The notes below the pieces were generated by a model. The model made no database searches. It was not told the origin of the DNA and saw nothing but the letters and a program-made list of their open reading frames with translations. A stretch of 64,000 bases of DNA from Parcubacteria group bacterium GW2011_GWA2_47_21 (GTDB taxonomy: Bacteria; Patescibacteriota; Minisyncoccia; Phycocordibacterales; DSPV01). Shown here piece by piece: positions 39,644-47,896 of this stretch; the stretch's first letter is position 1; the number at the start of each line of letters is the position of its first letter. The stretch lies in NCBI GenBank assembly GCA_001000545.1, contig LCOC01000005.1, positions 10,013-74,012 of the forward strand, given 5' to 3'. The position numbers and the translations under genes were made by a program.

Positions 39644-42637
39644 TTAGCCTTCATTATGTCTGTATAAATCTCCAAGTTTCAAAACGCTCCGATTCTCCCA
39701 CCAGCTTATATCCTTTTTCCCAACTTCCAGATTTTCTAGAATGAATAAATAACGCCATTCCTCTTTTGCCGGATCTGCCTCGGTTAGCATCGAGACATAT
39801 TTCTCGCCCCGCTCTTTTTTCGCCTTGTCTCGCTCGTCCATTCGTCCCTTTACTTCAATAATATAATTTACTACTCTATCGCCTTCATTTGCGCGTGCGA
39901 TAAAATCTGGAAAGTAATTTACATAAAACCCTTGCCAAAGATACTCAAAGTTATATCCCACGCCCTGCTGATGATTATAAATCCAGCCACTCACGTCCTC
40001 ACACGCATCTAATAATTGTGCGGCGCGCAACTCGTCATTATTAGCCATGCATTGCTTATCAAAACCGGCTCGCTCGGGATTCTCAAGGGCATTTTCAAAA
40101 ATCACCTGGTATGGCTCAATAACCCTGCTTTCTAAAATATCAAATTTGTCCGTCGCTGGTTTCTCATTTGAGCGCAAGCCGTTGATAAATTTGACGAGTT
40201 CCTGCTTCACCGCCGCCATCACATCGTCATTGAATATATTTTTCTTCACGATCTTGTCTGTCTTTTCATCCACCGAATCCAACCGCAAGGACGCACCGGC
40301 AGGAAGATCAAATACCCGCTTTTCCAAAAATCGCTTCACCACATCGAGTACGCGCAATTTATCGGAATGAGACAAACGCAATTCATTTAAAATCGGCCGG
40401 ACATAGCCAGAAATAAGTAACCGATCCAGCCCGTAATAATTTGCTGATTGTTCAAACTCAAATTCAAGCCCCTTTTCAATATCTTTCTCAAACTGTGTTT
40501 TGATCTTTAGTTTATCGGCAAATTCAATCCATTCAAGTCGCTTTGCCAACTCCGGCAAATCTGCCTCGCGGAAATTATCATGCCAAGTTTTTACATGCTC
40601 AATCAGCCCTAAAAATTTAATCATTCTCACATTACGAGCCTTCCGCACATCCGCATCAGAGAGCGGATTTACAACTGTGTATACTGGCGGTTCTTTCTCT
40701 CCTGCGTCCACTTCATCAACAATGTCGTCTATCTCGTCAATAATCGCTTGAAATGAGGGATGCTGGATAACATAGAGATTTTCAGGTTTGGAATATACTG
40801 CCCCCTCATCATCCATTTCCGGTTGATGCATTTTGCGAAGCCCTCGGCCCAATGTCTGCTCCGCTAGGGTCCGTGAATCACACGGCCGAAGTGGCACAAT
40901 GGTTTTCACATTCCGCACATCCCAGCCCTCTTTCAGCATCAAAACCGCGACAATCACGTTAAATGGATTCTCCACTACTTCGCCCTTCAATTGTGGATCC
41001 TCAATATATTCCTTATCTATCAAATGCACGAGCTTACGCACTTTGTCCCACTCCTTGTCGTTTTTAAGTTCCTTTTCGCCGATGTGTATTTGCACAACAG
41101 TTGTTTTGTCATCTTTTACAAACAGTGTTTGCTTGGCTTCGTCATCATAAAATCCTTTCACCGGCAGATTGTCTTGTGATAAGTCTTTGCCCTCATCGTC
41201 AATCTCCCGATACACTAAATAATTATATATCTGATTGGCTTCTTTTCTATCGTTACAGATAATAAAAAGAATTTGTTTGCGCTTATCGCCTTCTTGGTCA
41301 AAAACTTTTTGATTTTCCTGCCAGCGTTTGATACCTGTACGGAGCAGATTTTCGTACTTCTCCCAAGCGCATAGCTTTTCGTTATTGATAATACCGCGTG
41401 CCTCATCGCCCTCGTACACTTTCACCTTTTCCAGTTTTGGGAGTTTTATTATGCCGTCCCGTTTCGCATCGCCGAGCGAATACAAATCAACTGTGTGTTT
41501 GAATAAATCCATCCAACGGTAACGAATCTCCTCATTATCGTTCTTTTTCGTTTTATGAGACCCCTTTTCTTCAAAAAGCGTGGCCGATAAATCAATCTGT
41601 AAGCCAACTTCGCAAAGCTTATCTATATTTCTTATAGAGCGAATCCAACCCAATTCTTCGGCCGCCTGCTTTTCTTTCACGCCAATTTCCTTCAGGTTCT
41701 TTGTTTTCTTTTCATACTCCTTGTGCTTTTCTTCGTCGTGAACATGATGTGCCTCGTCGTTGATGACGAGAACATTCGATGAATTCTTAAAACTATCAAC
41801 CAATGCTCGCTTTTGGTTCTCTAACTTTTTGGGCATTGCCGTTTCAAAAATGCCAAGTTCCTTCGATAATCCCACGCTTTCTTCTTCACCTTCGTTTCCC
41901 GATTCCCTATAGAGCTTGTGGATGTTCGTTACTATAAGCGCACCTTCATCCGGCGCAAGCTCGCTTGGCACGGTTTCCGGCGAATACACTTTGAGATTCC
42001 AATATCGCTCAAGTTCTTTTGGAACTACCGGATCACCGTGGAAAATATCCGGCCTTTCATCTGACGGCGAAAAGTCCTCCAAAAGACGGTCAAGCACAAA
42101 CAAGTTCGGTGCAATCAAAATACTATGCTTGCCAATGTTTAAATGTTTTTCACCTTCAATCACTGCGTTTAAGTAACTCCATGCAATTACCAAGCCCATG
42201 ATTTTAGTCTTGCCGGAACCTGTTGCAAGTTGCGCGCCAAGCTTGGTCCAATCGTCGCGTTGGGGCACAATTTCAAAATCGATCACTTTGGAGATGTCCT
42301 CACGCCGACGAACCCCACAAACTTCGTAAAGATAAATAAAAGTTTCAAGTGCACGCCTCTGATGCGGCCAGTATTTGAAGCGATAACTTTTCCCGTCCCT
42401 TCCTTTTAACTCATGCGGAAATGGACGAAACCAATGTCTCAAAAGTAAATCCGTTGTTTCTGAAATATTCTTTTCAAACGGCATAACTGGCTTGTATCTT
42501 GGTTGCTCTTTCGGATAGGGCAGTTTAGCGCTTTGCAAAGCAAACCTTCGCCAAGCATCTACACGCTCACGGAGTTTTTGGATGACGATTTTCTGCGCTG
42601 GCAGAGTTTTCTCAGTTTTAGATGGTTTTGTAGGCAT
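39644..42637 (-). CDS. res: Type III restriction enzyme Res subunit
   Basis: ATGSGKT, DEAHH, LKEGWDV, QTLGRGLR and C-terminal YFPDF...IIEVKG nuclease. Confidence 0.92.
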   Translation of the reverse strand: MPTKPSKTEKTLPAQKIVIQKLRERVDAWRRFALQSAKLPYPKEQPRYKPVMPFEKNISETTDLLLRHWFRPFPHELKGRDGKSYRFKYWPHQRRALETFIYLYEVCGVRRREDISKVIDFEIVPQRDDWTKLGAQLATGSGKTKIMGLVIAWSYLNAVIEGEKHLNIGKHSILIAPNLFVLDRLLEDFSPSDERPDIFHGDPVVPKELERYWNLKVYSPETVPSELAPDEGALIVTNIHKLYRESGNEGEEESVGLSKELGIFETAMPKKLENQKRALVDSFKNSSNVLVINDEAHHVHDEEKHKEYEKKTKNLKEIGVKEKQAAEELGWIRSIRNIDKLCEVGLQIDLSATLFEEKGSHKTKKNDNEEIRYRWMDLFKHTVDLYSLGDAKRDGIIKLPKLEKVKVYEGDEARGIINNEKLCAWEKYENLLRTGIKRWQENQKVFDQEGDKRKQILFIICNDRKEANQIYNYLVYREIDDEGKDLSQDNLPVKGFYDDEAKQTLFVKDDKTTVVQIHIGEKELKNDKEWDKVRKLVHLIDKEYIEDPQLKGEVVENPFNVIVAVLMLKEGWDVRNVKTIVPLRPCDSRTLAEQTLGRGLRKMHQPEMDDEGAVYSKPENLYVIQHPSFQAIIDEIDDIVDEVDAGEKEPPVYTVVNPLSDADVRKARNVRMIKFLGLIEHVKTWHDNFREADLPELAKRLEWIEFADKLKIKTQFEKDIEKGLEFEFEQSANYYGLDRLLISGYVRPILNELRLSHSDKLRVLDVVKRFLEKRVFDLPAGASLRLDSVDEKTDKIVKKNIFNDDVMAAVKQELVKFINGLRSNEKPATDKFDILESRVIEPYQVIFENALENPERAGFDKQCMANNDELRAAQLLDACEDVSGWIYNHQQGVGYNFEYLWQGFYVNYFPDFIARANEGDRVVNYIIEVKGRMDERDKAKKERGEKYVSMLTEADPAKEEWRYLFILENLEVGKKDISWWENRSVLKLGDLYRHNEG

Positions 42638-42649
42638 TGTGGATAACTA

Positions 42650-42677
42650 TTGATTTTTAATAAGGGCTTGCTACAAT
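42650..42677 (+). promoter_or_regulatory. Promoter facing the NYN gene 3' end
   Basis: TTGATT-N16-TACAAT with extended TG; DnaA box TGTGGATAA at 42639-42647. Confidence 0.6.
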
Positions 42678-42682
42678 ACAGA

Positions 42683-42737
42683 TGATCGTAAGATCACGGA
42701 TTTTAGAGCTAAGGGGCCCCAGAAATGGGGTCCTTTG
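42683..42737 (+). ncRNA. Putative ~55-nt small RNA antisense to the NYN gene end
   Basis: TGATC-GTAA-GATCA hairpin, then AAGGGGCCCC-AGAAAT-GGGGTCCTTT hairpin, immediately after the promoter. Confidence 0.5.
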
Positions 42738-43485
42738 TGCGTTTACCGTTATACTCCTTTTTCCAACAAATAAAATCTCTGATATTAAAAATATCAAATA
42801 TCCCCAAACCGCTTGTTTTGAGTTCGTTTAATTCCCTAGAGATTCGGCCGGCGGTTGCGAATAAAACAACCTTTTTGCCCACTTTAAGCAACCTTTCTAA
42901 GGGATCGGCGAAATCACTATCTCCGCTCCATAGTATAAAAGTTTCGGCGCTGTTTCGCTCACAATCAAGAAGCATATCAACTCCGATTTCAACATCAAAA
43001 TTACATTTCATATCCTCAATAAAATACTCCCCTTTTTTATTCATATCCTTGAAACGCTCATTCAAATATTCAATGGTCGCAATTTCATATTTCTTTAAAA
43101 GCGCCCGGCGAATAAACTGACTAACCAATACCGTTGAATCAGGCAATATACTGGAAACATCAATGGAAAAATTCATAATTTTTACCGGCTTTGTCCGAAG
43201 AATGTATTTGCAGTTCTCTGCTTCTGTTTTTTCTTTCTCTGATCTTTCATTTCCAGCCAAATAACCATTATAAAAATTAACTGCTTCAACTGTATCAAAA
43301 GAACCCAGAAATTGTTTTAATCTTTTAAGTTCAATATGCCAACCAAGTTTTTCACTCCACGGGCGCACGTTCGCATAATCAATATAGACACGAGTTTTTG
43401 CGCTAAAAATACTATCGAGTTGGCTAATAATTTCTTGCTGGTCCTTGGCAATTTTTTCAATCCTTTCTGTTTTTGGTGTGAACAT
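42709..43485 (-). CDS. NYN (LabA/DUF88, PIN-like) ribonuclease
   Basis: VYIDYAN, KCNFDVEIGVD and LWSGDSDF acidic tetrad intact. Confidence 0.92.
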   Translation of the reverse strand: MFTPKTERIEKIAKDQQEIISQLDSIFSAKTRVYIDYANVRPWSEKLGWHIELKRLKQFLGSFDTVEAVNFYNGYLAGNERSEKEKTEAENCKYILRTKPVKIMNFSIDVSSILPDSTVLVSQFIRRALLKKYEIATIEYLNERFKDMNKKGEYFIEDMKCNFDVEIGVDMLLDCERNSAETFILWSGDSDFADPLERLLKVGKKVVLFATAGRISRELNELKTSGLGIFDIFNIRDFICWKKEYNGKRTKDPISGAP

Positions 43486-43497
43486 ATGGGTAGGTAA

Positions 43498-43710
43498 TTA
43501 GCTTATTTTCTGGTATCGATAACTATATCGAATATTGTCGTTAAGGAATTGCCCCGGCGATGAGGCCTGAAAAAATTGCCGATATAAATGATCCGGCACA
43601 TTAAAATACTGATATATATCGCCCGAAGTAAACTCCACCTCTAAAGTACCCAACTGCCGATCGTAGCCAATTGAGCGAATATTTGAGGACGATACTGATA
43701 CTCTATGCAT
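43498..43710 (-). CDS. KTSC domain protein
   Basis: VSSSNIRSIGYD...LEVEF.SG.IYQYFNVP...ASSPGQF. Confidence 0.93.
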   Translation of the reverse strand: MHRVSVSSSNIRSIGYDRQLGTLEVEFTSGDIYQYFNVPDHLYRQFFQASSPGQFLNDNIRYSYRYQKIS

Positions 43711-43712
43711 AG

Positions 43713-45800
43713 TTATTTTATCACGACTTTCGTCATCACAATCCCGTCGTTTCCGAAAATGTCTACGACCTTGACGGCAATGGTATATTCGCCGGATTTT
43801 TCGTAAGTATGGAAGGCCTTAAAAATCAAATCCTCAACCACTTTTTTGCCTTTTCGCTTGCGGAAACTCTGCCACTCATTTTCAAAAATAGGCCCATGTC
43901 CGTCTTCTTCATTCTTCAAATTTTCGTAATTCCAATCTACCGCCCAGAAATCCACAAAGCTCTGCCAGCTTTTTTCTTTTTCCAGCCACTTTTTGAGCTC
44001 ATCCCTTCGTTCCGGCTTCTGGCTTTCAAGAAAACTCTCCACATCCACCTCAAGCCCAGAAAGTTCAATGCTGGCCTCTTTGCCATCGACAACTTTGTGA
44101 ACCTTTACCGCAAGTGGCGCGAAAAAAGCAATATTGGGCATATCACTCACTTTCTCTGGACTCTTAACGCCTTGTTTAATGAGCTCCAAGCGTTTTTTCA
44201 CTTCTTCAATGGCGCTTGCCGGAATCATGCGTACAAAAACCTGCACGCCAAATTCTTCTTTCGCCTTTTCAACTGCCTGATTAAGGTGCGCGGTAAAATC
44301 CGCCGAAAGCACATAACACTTTTTAAAATCGGTGTCTTTGACTTCTTTGGCAATCGCTTGGATTTGCTCGGAAACTATCGGCTGGGAAAGCGGACCAACA
44401 TGAATCCACGCGCCTCTTTTCTTGCCGTGTAGTAATTTTGAATATGGCGTGTACTCTCCGCCAAAAAGTTCAATAATTGCTTGCCGATAAGCATCGGCTT
44501 GATTCCCAACCTGAATCGGGTCCCATTTCACGCCGCGTTGATAATAACCCATATTCTCAACCGTAAACGGACGGACTTTATAAACCCCCGCATTCTTTTC
44601 ACTTTTTTGCTTGCCGTTTAGCTCAATCAATCTTTTTCGTGCAGTATGAACAGCAAATTTTGAGTTATCAATCCCAATCCATGTGTAATTTAAACCGTCT
44701 GTCATTTGCTCAGTAGCTTTACAAGTTGTACCAGAGCCCATGAAAGAGTCCAAAATCACACCATTTTTAGGACAAGACGTTTCAATGATTCTCAATAATA
44801 GCTCAATTGGTTTTTGAGTAGGGTACCCTGTACGCTCAAGAGCTTTTGGATGCTCTTTATTGATTAACCAGTAGTCTCTTAGTGGGTTACCTTCTGGATC
44901 TTTGTAAATGACACGAGCGAATTTATTACTTTTAATTAATGCTTTTATATTTTCCTTATTTTCACTTCCCTTATAAACGATTAATTGTTTCTCACCATTT
45001 TTAAGTAAGTTGGTGGTATATCCTCTGTCAAGCGTTAGTTGTCTTTTGTCATCAATTTCTCTAAGTGATCGAAAATAATAATCATCGGTTTTGCTATATC
45101 GTAGTATGACATCATGGTCTTTTTGAAAATCGTTAGATGGAGCTGGCCACTTATCATAACACCAGACCACTTCGTTTCTAAAGTTTTGATATTCAAAAAT
45201 TTCATCCATCAATACTTTTACATAGTGAGATGTGTGCCAATCTAAATGCACATAAATTGAACCTGTAGGGGCGAGAAGCTCTTTCATTAAAAGCAACCGC
45301 TCGCGCATCATTTGGAGAAAACTATCCAACCCATTTTTCCAGGTGTCTTTGTAGGCAATCGTTTCTATAATCGTCGGCTCTTTTACTGACATCACGCCCT
45401 CCTCCTCATCCACCTCAATATCAATAGAATTTTCTGCCACAAAATCGTTCTGTACCATAAACGGCGGATCTATGTAGATAAGGTCAATTTTATTGCGGTA
45501 TCTATGTTCGCCAGAGATGGAATCTTTTTCGTCTAAAAGCGTCTTGAGCGCAACTAAATTATCGTTTGTCCAAATAAGCCGATTTTTAGGAAAATCCGCT
45601 GATTTAATAATTTTACCGGTCCCAATTTGTCCTTCGTGAAAAAATCTAAGGGTTTCGCCCTTCTTTTCTTCTTCGTTTGATTTATGCGGATAAACAATTT
45701 CCACTACTTGCGTAGGCACGGCTTCCGCAAGCGTCTTTTTGTCCATGCCGACATAGGCGAGCTTTGGCTTCTTTGGTTTTAGTTCAATTTCTTTTTTCAT
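43713..45800 (-). CDS. mod: Type III R-M methyltransferase Mod subunit
   Basis: IYIDPPF, YPTQKP and DSFMGSGTT (beta-class order), plus a long C-terminal extension. Confidence 0.93.
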   Translation of the reverse strand: MKKEIELKPKKPKLAYVGMDKKTLAEAVPTQVVEIVYPHKSNEEEKKGETLRFFHEGQIGTGKIIKSADFPKNRLIWTNDNLVALKTLLDEKDSISGEHRYRNKIDLIYIDPPFMVQNDFVAENSIDIEVDEEEGVMSVKEPTIIETIAYKDTWKNGLDSFLQMMRERLLLMKELLAPTGSIYVHLDWHTSHYVKVLMDEIFEYQNFRNEVVWCYDKWPAPSNDFQKDHDVILRYSKTDDYYFRSLREIDDKRQLTLDRGYTTNLLKNGEKQLIVYKGSENKENIKALIKSNKFARVIYKDPEGNPLRDYWLINKEHPKALERTGYPTQKPIELLLRIIETSCPKNGVILDSFMGSGTTCKATEQMTDGLNYTWIGIDNSKFAVHTARKRLIELNGKQKSEKNAGVYKVRPFTVENMGYYQRGVKWDPIQVGNQADAYRQAIIELFGGEYTPYSKLLHGKKRGAWIHVGPLSQPIVSEQIQAIAKEVKDTDFKKCYVLSADFTAHLNQAVEKAKEEFGVQVFVRMIPASAIEEVKKRLELIKQGVKSPEKVSDMPNIAFFAPLAVKVHKVVDGKEASIELSGLEVDVESFLESQKPERRDELKKWLEKEKSWQSFVDFWAVDWNYENLKNEEDGHGPIFENEWQSFRKRKGKKVVEDLIFKAFHTYEKSGEYTIAVKVVDIFGNDGIVMTKVVIK

Positions 45801-45801
45801 A

Positions 45802-46005
45802 TTATTTCAAAAGCTCATCGCTTGAAACACCAAGAGCTTTTGCCAGTTTCGTAATAGTTGAAAGTGTAGGATTCGTCTTTCCGTTTTCTATGTTGCTTAC
45901 AAACCCTTTATCCACGGCAAGTATCCGGCCAATCTCACCTTGGGATATGCCCTTCGCGGTTCTAATGCATTTTAGATTTTTGCCTAGTTTCGCAGATTCG
46001 TTCAT
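45802..46005 (-). CDS. XRE-family HTH regulator (controller-protein-like)
   Basis: SQGEIGRIL..DKGFVSNIENGKTNPTL; ends 1 nt before mod. Confidence 0.9.
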   Translation of the reverse strand: MNESAKLGKNLKCIRTAKGISQGEIGRILAVDKGFVSNIENGKTNPTLSTITKLAKALGVSSDELLK

Positions 46006-46063
46006 TATTCATAGTATATCCTGTTGTTGTATTCTACACTATCCGTTGTGGTATACTATAACT

Positions 46064-46380
46064 ATGCCTAATTACTTTCTCTACGCTCGCAAAAGCACCG
46101 ATGTTGAAGACAAGCAAGTCCGGTCTATTGACGACCAACTTACTGTCTTGCGAGCGTTGGCGAAAGAGCAAAATTTCTCCATCACCCGAGAGTTCATAAA
46201 GAGGCAATCCGCGAAAATGCCCGGACACCCCGTCTTTGATGAAATGCTCGCCCTGATTGAGAAAGGCGAAGCGCGCGGCGGTCCACAAACACAATGGGCT
46301 TCCGCAATGGAAGCCCATTGTTTGGCTGGTAAAAAATCTTTCAGTTGGATTATGGTGGGCGGTATAGGGCTCGACCCTTA
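46064..46380 (+). pseudogene. Large serine recombinase with a large internal deletion
   Basis: YFLYARKST...QVRSIDDQ...SAKMPG.PVF catalytic N-terminus joined directly to a C-terminal tail. Confidence 0.85.
46353..46377 (-). other. tRNA 3'-end fragment (att-like; Val-type assignment tentative)
   Basis: Minus strand GGGTCGAGCCCTATACCGCCCACCA corresponds to T-loop, acceptor 3' strand and CCA. Confidence 0.55.
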
Positions 46381-46548
46381 CAGGGTCAGTACACCTTTCC
46401 CATTTTCTCGCGATAAGAATCGCTCGAAAATATGGGAGAAGGTCTTCAAATCCTCTCTCGCAACCAAAATCTTTTGCCCATCTAAATATATCAAAAAACT
46501 TGTTTGTTACAACTCAAACCAATTTTTTCAAAAAGTCATTTTCAAAAA

Positions 46549-46636
46549 CGGAAGGGGTGGGATTCGAACCCACGTGGGGCTTGCGCCCCCAGCCGATTTC
46601 GAGTCGGCGCCGTTATGACCGCTTCGGTACCCTTCC
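46549..46636 (-). tRNA. tRNA-Ser(CGA)
   Basis: Acceptor GGAAGGG/CCCTTCC, anticodon arm GCCGA-CTCGAAA-TCGGC and long variable arm. Confidence 0.95.
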
Positions 46637-46700
46637 AACTGGTAGCTTTAGACCCCTGCCCGCCGAAGTCTCGGTGTAGGCGGGACTCAGCCACCCTTCC
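46637..46700 (-). pseudogene. tRNA-Ser-like 5' fragment with a palindrome in the D-loop
   Basis: GGAAGGGTGGCTGAGT-[30-nt palindrome]-GGTCTAAAGC. Confidence 0.6.
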
Positions 46701-46794
46701 CATAGAACGATAGCAATTTTTTGAATTTTTTTCAAAAAATGCTATTGTATGTCTGCCGTTTTTAGTTTTTCGCTTTTCGTTTTTAATTTACCGC

Positions 46795-46866
46795 GGCCCT
46801 ATCGTCTAACGGTTAGGACACAGGCTTTTCAAGCCTGGAATCGGGGTTCGATTCCCCGTGGGGTCA
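46795..46866 (+). tRNA. tRNA-Glu(TTC)
   Basis: Anticodon arm CAGGC-TTTTCAA-GCCTG and GGTTCGATTCC T-arm. Confidence 0.95.
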
Positions 46867-47037
46867 AAGTTTTTGAGCATGGCGAGAAAACTTTGAGCCC
46901 AAGCAAGCAAACTGCTTGGCTTGCGTCGGGGAATCGAACGGCGGAGTATGTCGCGAGTTTCGAGCGACGACGAGCCGGTGCCCAGACAAATTTTTGCGAC
47001 GGCAAAAATTTAGTCGCGGGCGATTCCCCGTGGGTCA
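46867..47037 (+). other. tRNA-3'-associated structured element (Glu copy)
   Basis: Hairpins, antisense T-arm CGGGGAATCGAAC at 46927-46939 and sense repeat CGATTCCCCGTGGGTCA at 47021-47037. Confidence 0.7.
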
Positions 47038-47107
47038 CCGAAAGAAACTTTGCCGAGATTTCGTAGTTGTAATATTTGTTGTATAGCCGGTGTTTTCTTC
47101 AATATAA

Positions 47108-47878
47108 ATGGACCAATTCAAAATAATTATTCTCGCCGCGGGCAAAGGCAAGCGGATGAATTCAAATTCACCAAAAGTGCTTCTCCCTCTTCGGGGGAAG
47201 CCCTTGCTTTTACATTTGCTTGATTCGGTGGCTAAATCAGAAATCACCGAGCCGGCCACTATCGTTGTTGGCATTGGAAAAGAATTAGTTCAAACTGCCG
47301 CCGGAAACGATTATCATTATGTTCATCAAAAAGAACAACTCGGCACCGGACACGCCGTCGCCTCCGCCGAAACGAAGCTTCGCGGAAAAGCAAAATACAT
47401 TATGGTGCTTTACGGCGACCACCCCCTCCTTGAGGCAAGGGCTATAAACAAGATTGCCAAGACCCACCTTCGGGGAAACATGCCGATAACTATGGCAACG
47501 GTAAGCGTTTCTGATTTCAATGATTGGCGAGCCGGGTTCTTTGATTTTGGCAGAATTGTCCGCGATAAGTCAGGAGAAATTATAAGAATCGTTGAGAAAA
47601 AAGACGCGACGCCAGTAGAGCAGAGTATCACGGAAATCAATCCGTCTTATATGTGTTTTGATTCTGAATGGCTCTGGGAACGGCTGAAACTGCTTAAAAA
47701 CGACAACGCCCAGAAAGAATATTATTTGACTGACTTGCCGGGTATCGCCCAAAAAGAGGGGTTGGGAATAAATTCGGTTGAAATAGAACCGGAAGCCGCT
47801 CTTGGCGCCAATACCAAAGAACAACTCCAAATCCTTGAACAAATTCTTGAGGAAAGAGAGGGTGGCAAACAGATTTAA
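47108..47878 (+). CDS. GlmU-like uridyltransferase domain only
   Basis: ILAAGKGKRMNS..PKVL, EQLGTGHAV and NAQKEYYLTD; no hexapeptide acetyltransferase domain. Confidence 0.9.
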   Translation: MDQFKIIILAAGKGKRMNSNSPKVLLPLRGKPLLLHLLDSVAKSEITEPATIVVGIGKELVQTAAGNDYHYVHQKEQLGTGHAVASAETKLRGKAKYIMVLYGDHPLLEARAINKIAKTHLRGNMPITMATVSVSDFNDWRAGFFDFGRIVRDKSGEIIRIVEKKDATPVEQSITEINPSYMCFDSEWLWERLKLLKNDNAQKEYYLTDLPGIAQKEGLGINSVEIEPEAALGANTKEQLQILEQILEEREGGKQI

Positions 47879-47896
47879 TTCTTGTAATATAACGAA

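Noticed and set aside
45764-46618. 284-aa ORF as one protein
   Set aside because: A composite of antisense XRE sequence, the recombinase relic from 46064 and read-through into tRNA-Ser.
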